A stretch of DNA of 64,000 nucleotides from the NCBI GenBank assembly GCA_002633005.1, contig NMRA01000027.1, forward strand, positions 753,866 to 817,865. The letters are read 5' to 3'. This document shows positions 62,998 to 64,000 of this stretch, piece by piece. This DNA is from Phoronis australis. Its lineage: Eukaryota; Animalia; Phoronida. Both the position numbers and the translations under genes were made by a program. The notes beneath the pieces are model-generated. The model saw only the letters and a program-made list of their open reading frames with translations. It had not been told where the DNA came from and ran no database searches. Each line of letters begins with the position of its first letter. Within the stretch, counting starts at the first letter, position 1.

Positions 62998-63604
62998 AGT
63001 GAAGGCAATTTCCCCCCGTAAATGTCTAAATGTAGTATGTTCAGTCTCTGACTGAATTCCTCCCGCCGACGAACGAACATAGAACGAGCTCATGATGGGC
63101 TGCTGGTGCAAATTTCACCGATCCAACCGATTTTTGTCGAGCAATTCCGATTTCTGTCTACTTACTTTAATTTAAGCGTGGTGATTTCACGAAATCAACG
63201 GAACAGTCGTGAATGAAAGATAATAAATCAAAGAAAACTGTCATTAATTTAAAGCGTCCTTAGTTTTTGATCGTCCTCAGTACGCTAGGACCAGCTTCTG
63301 ATCGTCTCCAAGTCCAATGCACTACCTTGTAGTAGGCCTATTAGGCTTGGAGTATTGGGGACGATGAGAAGCTAAGGATGTCTGTGGCCATGGCATGGTT
63401 ATGTGTGAGGTCAGATGCAAGGGTGCAATCACTATATTACAATCCGAGGCACAAGTTTCAAATATGTATCTCATGTTTAGGCTATTTGTTTACTCATCTT
63501 TACTCCCCATGATCGATGACAGGAAATCTGTTACACACTGTGTAAGTCAGTGACATGGAAGTATATGCCCTATTTATTTATTTTCCTTGATCTTTGGCTT
63601 TCAG

Positions 63605-63893
63605 GCTTGAAGGCTATGACCGTAATTTCTATTTCCAAGCACAGGAGATTTGCATCCCCTCTGCAACCATCACTGCATGGCCAAAAGTAGGGTTTAAACA
63701 AGTGATTGTCTCACACCCGCAAGATATTCCTGATCTGCGTAGATCTGTTGTGGAGGCATATTTCCTGTATCGCCAGGTGCTCAATGGCGAAAACAAAGAT
63801 GTCAAAGCACTTGAAAAGGGCCAGCTGCTTGTTGAAGGAAGTTATGTAAATTACTGTGTTAATTATCATATCCAGGACCTTAGTGAGAGGTAG
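63605..63893 (+). CDS. Exon of a putative SWIM/YqaJ-associated transposon protein
   Basis: After a ttcag acceptor: WPKVGF...DIPDLRRSVVEAYFLYRQ...KALEKGQLLVEG. It is homologous to 37392-37592, which sits in the ISL2EU-like element. Confidence 0.5.
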
Positions 63894-64000
63894 ACGTGGG
63901 GGGAAGTGGTGTAAATGGGTATGTGGAAGAACGGGTGATAAGGGAGAGGGAGGGGCCATGGAAAACTGTAGAGGCTGGCCGCTGGGGGGGGGGGGGGGAG

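Noticed and set aside
62484-63080. Repetitive ORFs (NREFSGDSASSLE)
   Set aside because: They are translations of the tandem repeat, and the frame is not kept between units.

Overview
AT-rich, intron-containing eukaryotic DNA, probably from a marine invertebrate such as an echinoderm (inferred from the repeat landscape only), with one assembly gap (5567-6012). The only clearly intact host genes are two ~95%-identical FKRP/LicD-family phosphotransferase genes with uninterrupted 591-aa ORFs, in convergent orientation 23 kb apart. Most of the rest is nested transposon material. It includes a Mag-like Ty3/Gypsy element inside an ISL2EU-like DNA transposon, several Kolobok derivatives (THAP transposase plus a P2X7-ballast-like KolX ORF) and a degenerate HERO-like RLE retrotransposon. 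There is also a Helentron-type non-autonomous element, hairpin-terminated elements, LINE fragments, MITE families and a ~199-bp tandem repeat. All family calls come from motifs read by eye, with no database searches, and identity figures are estimates.
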